A stretch of DNA of 64,000 nt from Sulfurospirillum sp. (GTDB taxonomy: Bacteria > Campylobacterota > Campylobacteria > Campylobacterales > Sulfurospirillaceae), in NCBI GenBank assembly GCA_045047115.1, contig JASFYR010000013.1, positions 32,666 to 96,665 of the forward strand, in the 5' to 3' direction. Positions 63,875 to 64,000 of this stretch are shown piece after piece. Position 1 is the first letter of the stretch; each line of letters opens with the position of its first letter. The position numbers were made by a program, and so were the translations under genes. The notes under the pieces were generated by a model. That model was not told where the DNA came from. It did no database searches and saw nothing but the letters and a program-made list of their open reading frames with translations.

Positions 63875-64000
63875 TTCTTACTCCTTAAGTTTGATATTGA
63901 AATTAGACTTGTTGCGATATAGGAATATGTCATAAACTTTACACATTTGTTCATAATCAAGGCGACACGACGCAGGACTAGCCATAGCTAATTCAAGGAG

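Noticed and set aside
1..64000. CRISPR arrays, tRNA/rRNA genes, IS elements, prophage or defence genes
   Set aside because: Intergenic gaps are all short, with no regularly spaced repeats or cloverleaf motifs, and no ORF shows transposase, integrase, phage or known defence signatures.

Overview
AT-rich chromosomal window from a Campylobacterota (Epsilonproteobacteria) genome, most similar in content to free-living Sulfurospirillum-like organisms (inference from gene content and Campylobacter-like synteny). It is mostly core genes: nadB (partial), dciA-like/uvrC, hisG-coaX, gatC-pilT-DGC-cvpA-fur-lysS-glyA-DUF1882-SPOR-trpE-aroE, a TRAP transporter, der-aroK-trpS-serS-pflB, leuA, pssA-psd-like-ftsH-prmA-cheY-hisA-hisH-pmm, an LPS core/ADP-heptose locus with an AT-rich variable middle, two cytochromes c553, ccoS/ccoI, rho, dnaX, recR-racSR and a Spy/CpxP-like gene. 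I found no rRNA, tRNA, CRISPR array, integrase or transposase. Reading beyond the ORF track gave three unlisted small ORFs: a Leu-rich leader peptide before leuA with no intrinsic terminator, and two small lipoproteins. Two genes apparently start at ATA, and the dciA-uvrC transcript is probably leaderless. Other points of interest are an accessory signalling cluster (NIT-domain hybrid kinase with a His-less HPt-like partner), a primase-polymerase-like protein in a housekeeping operon, a yfgM-bamB-like pair and degenerate intergenic palindromic repeats. All family calls come from motif recognition by eye; no database searches were run.
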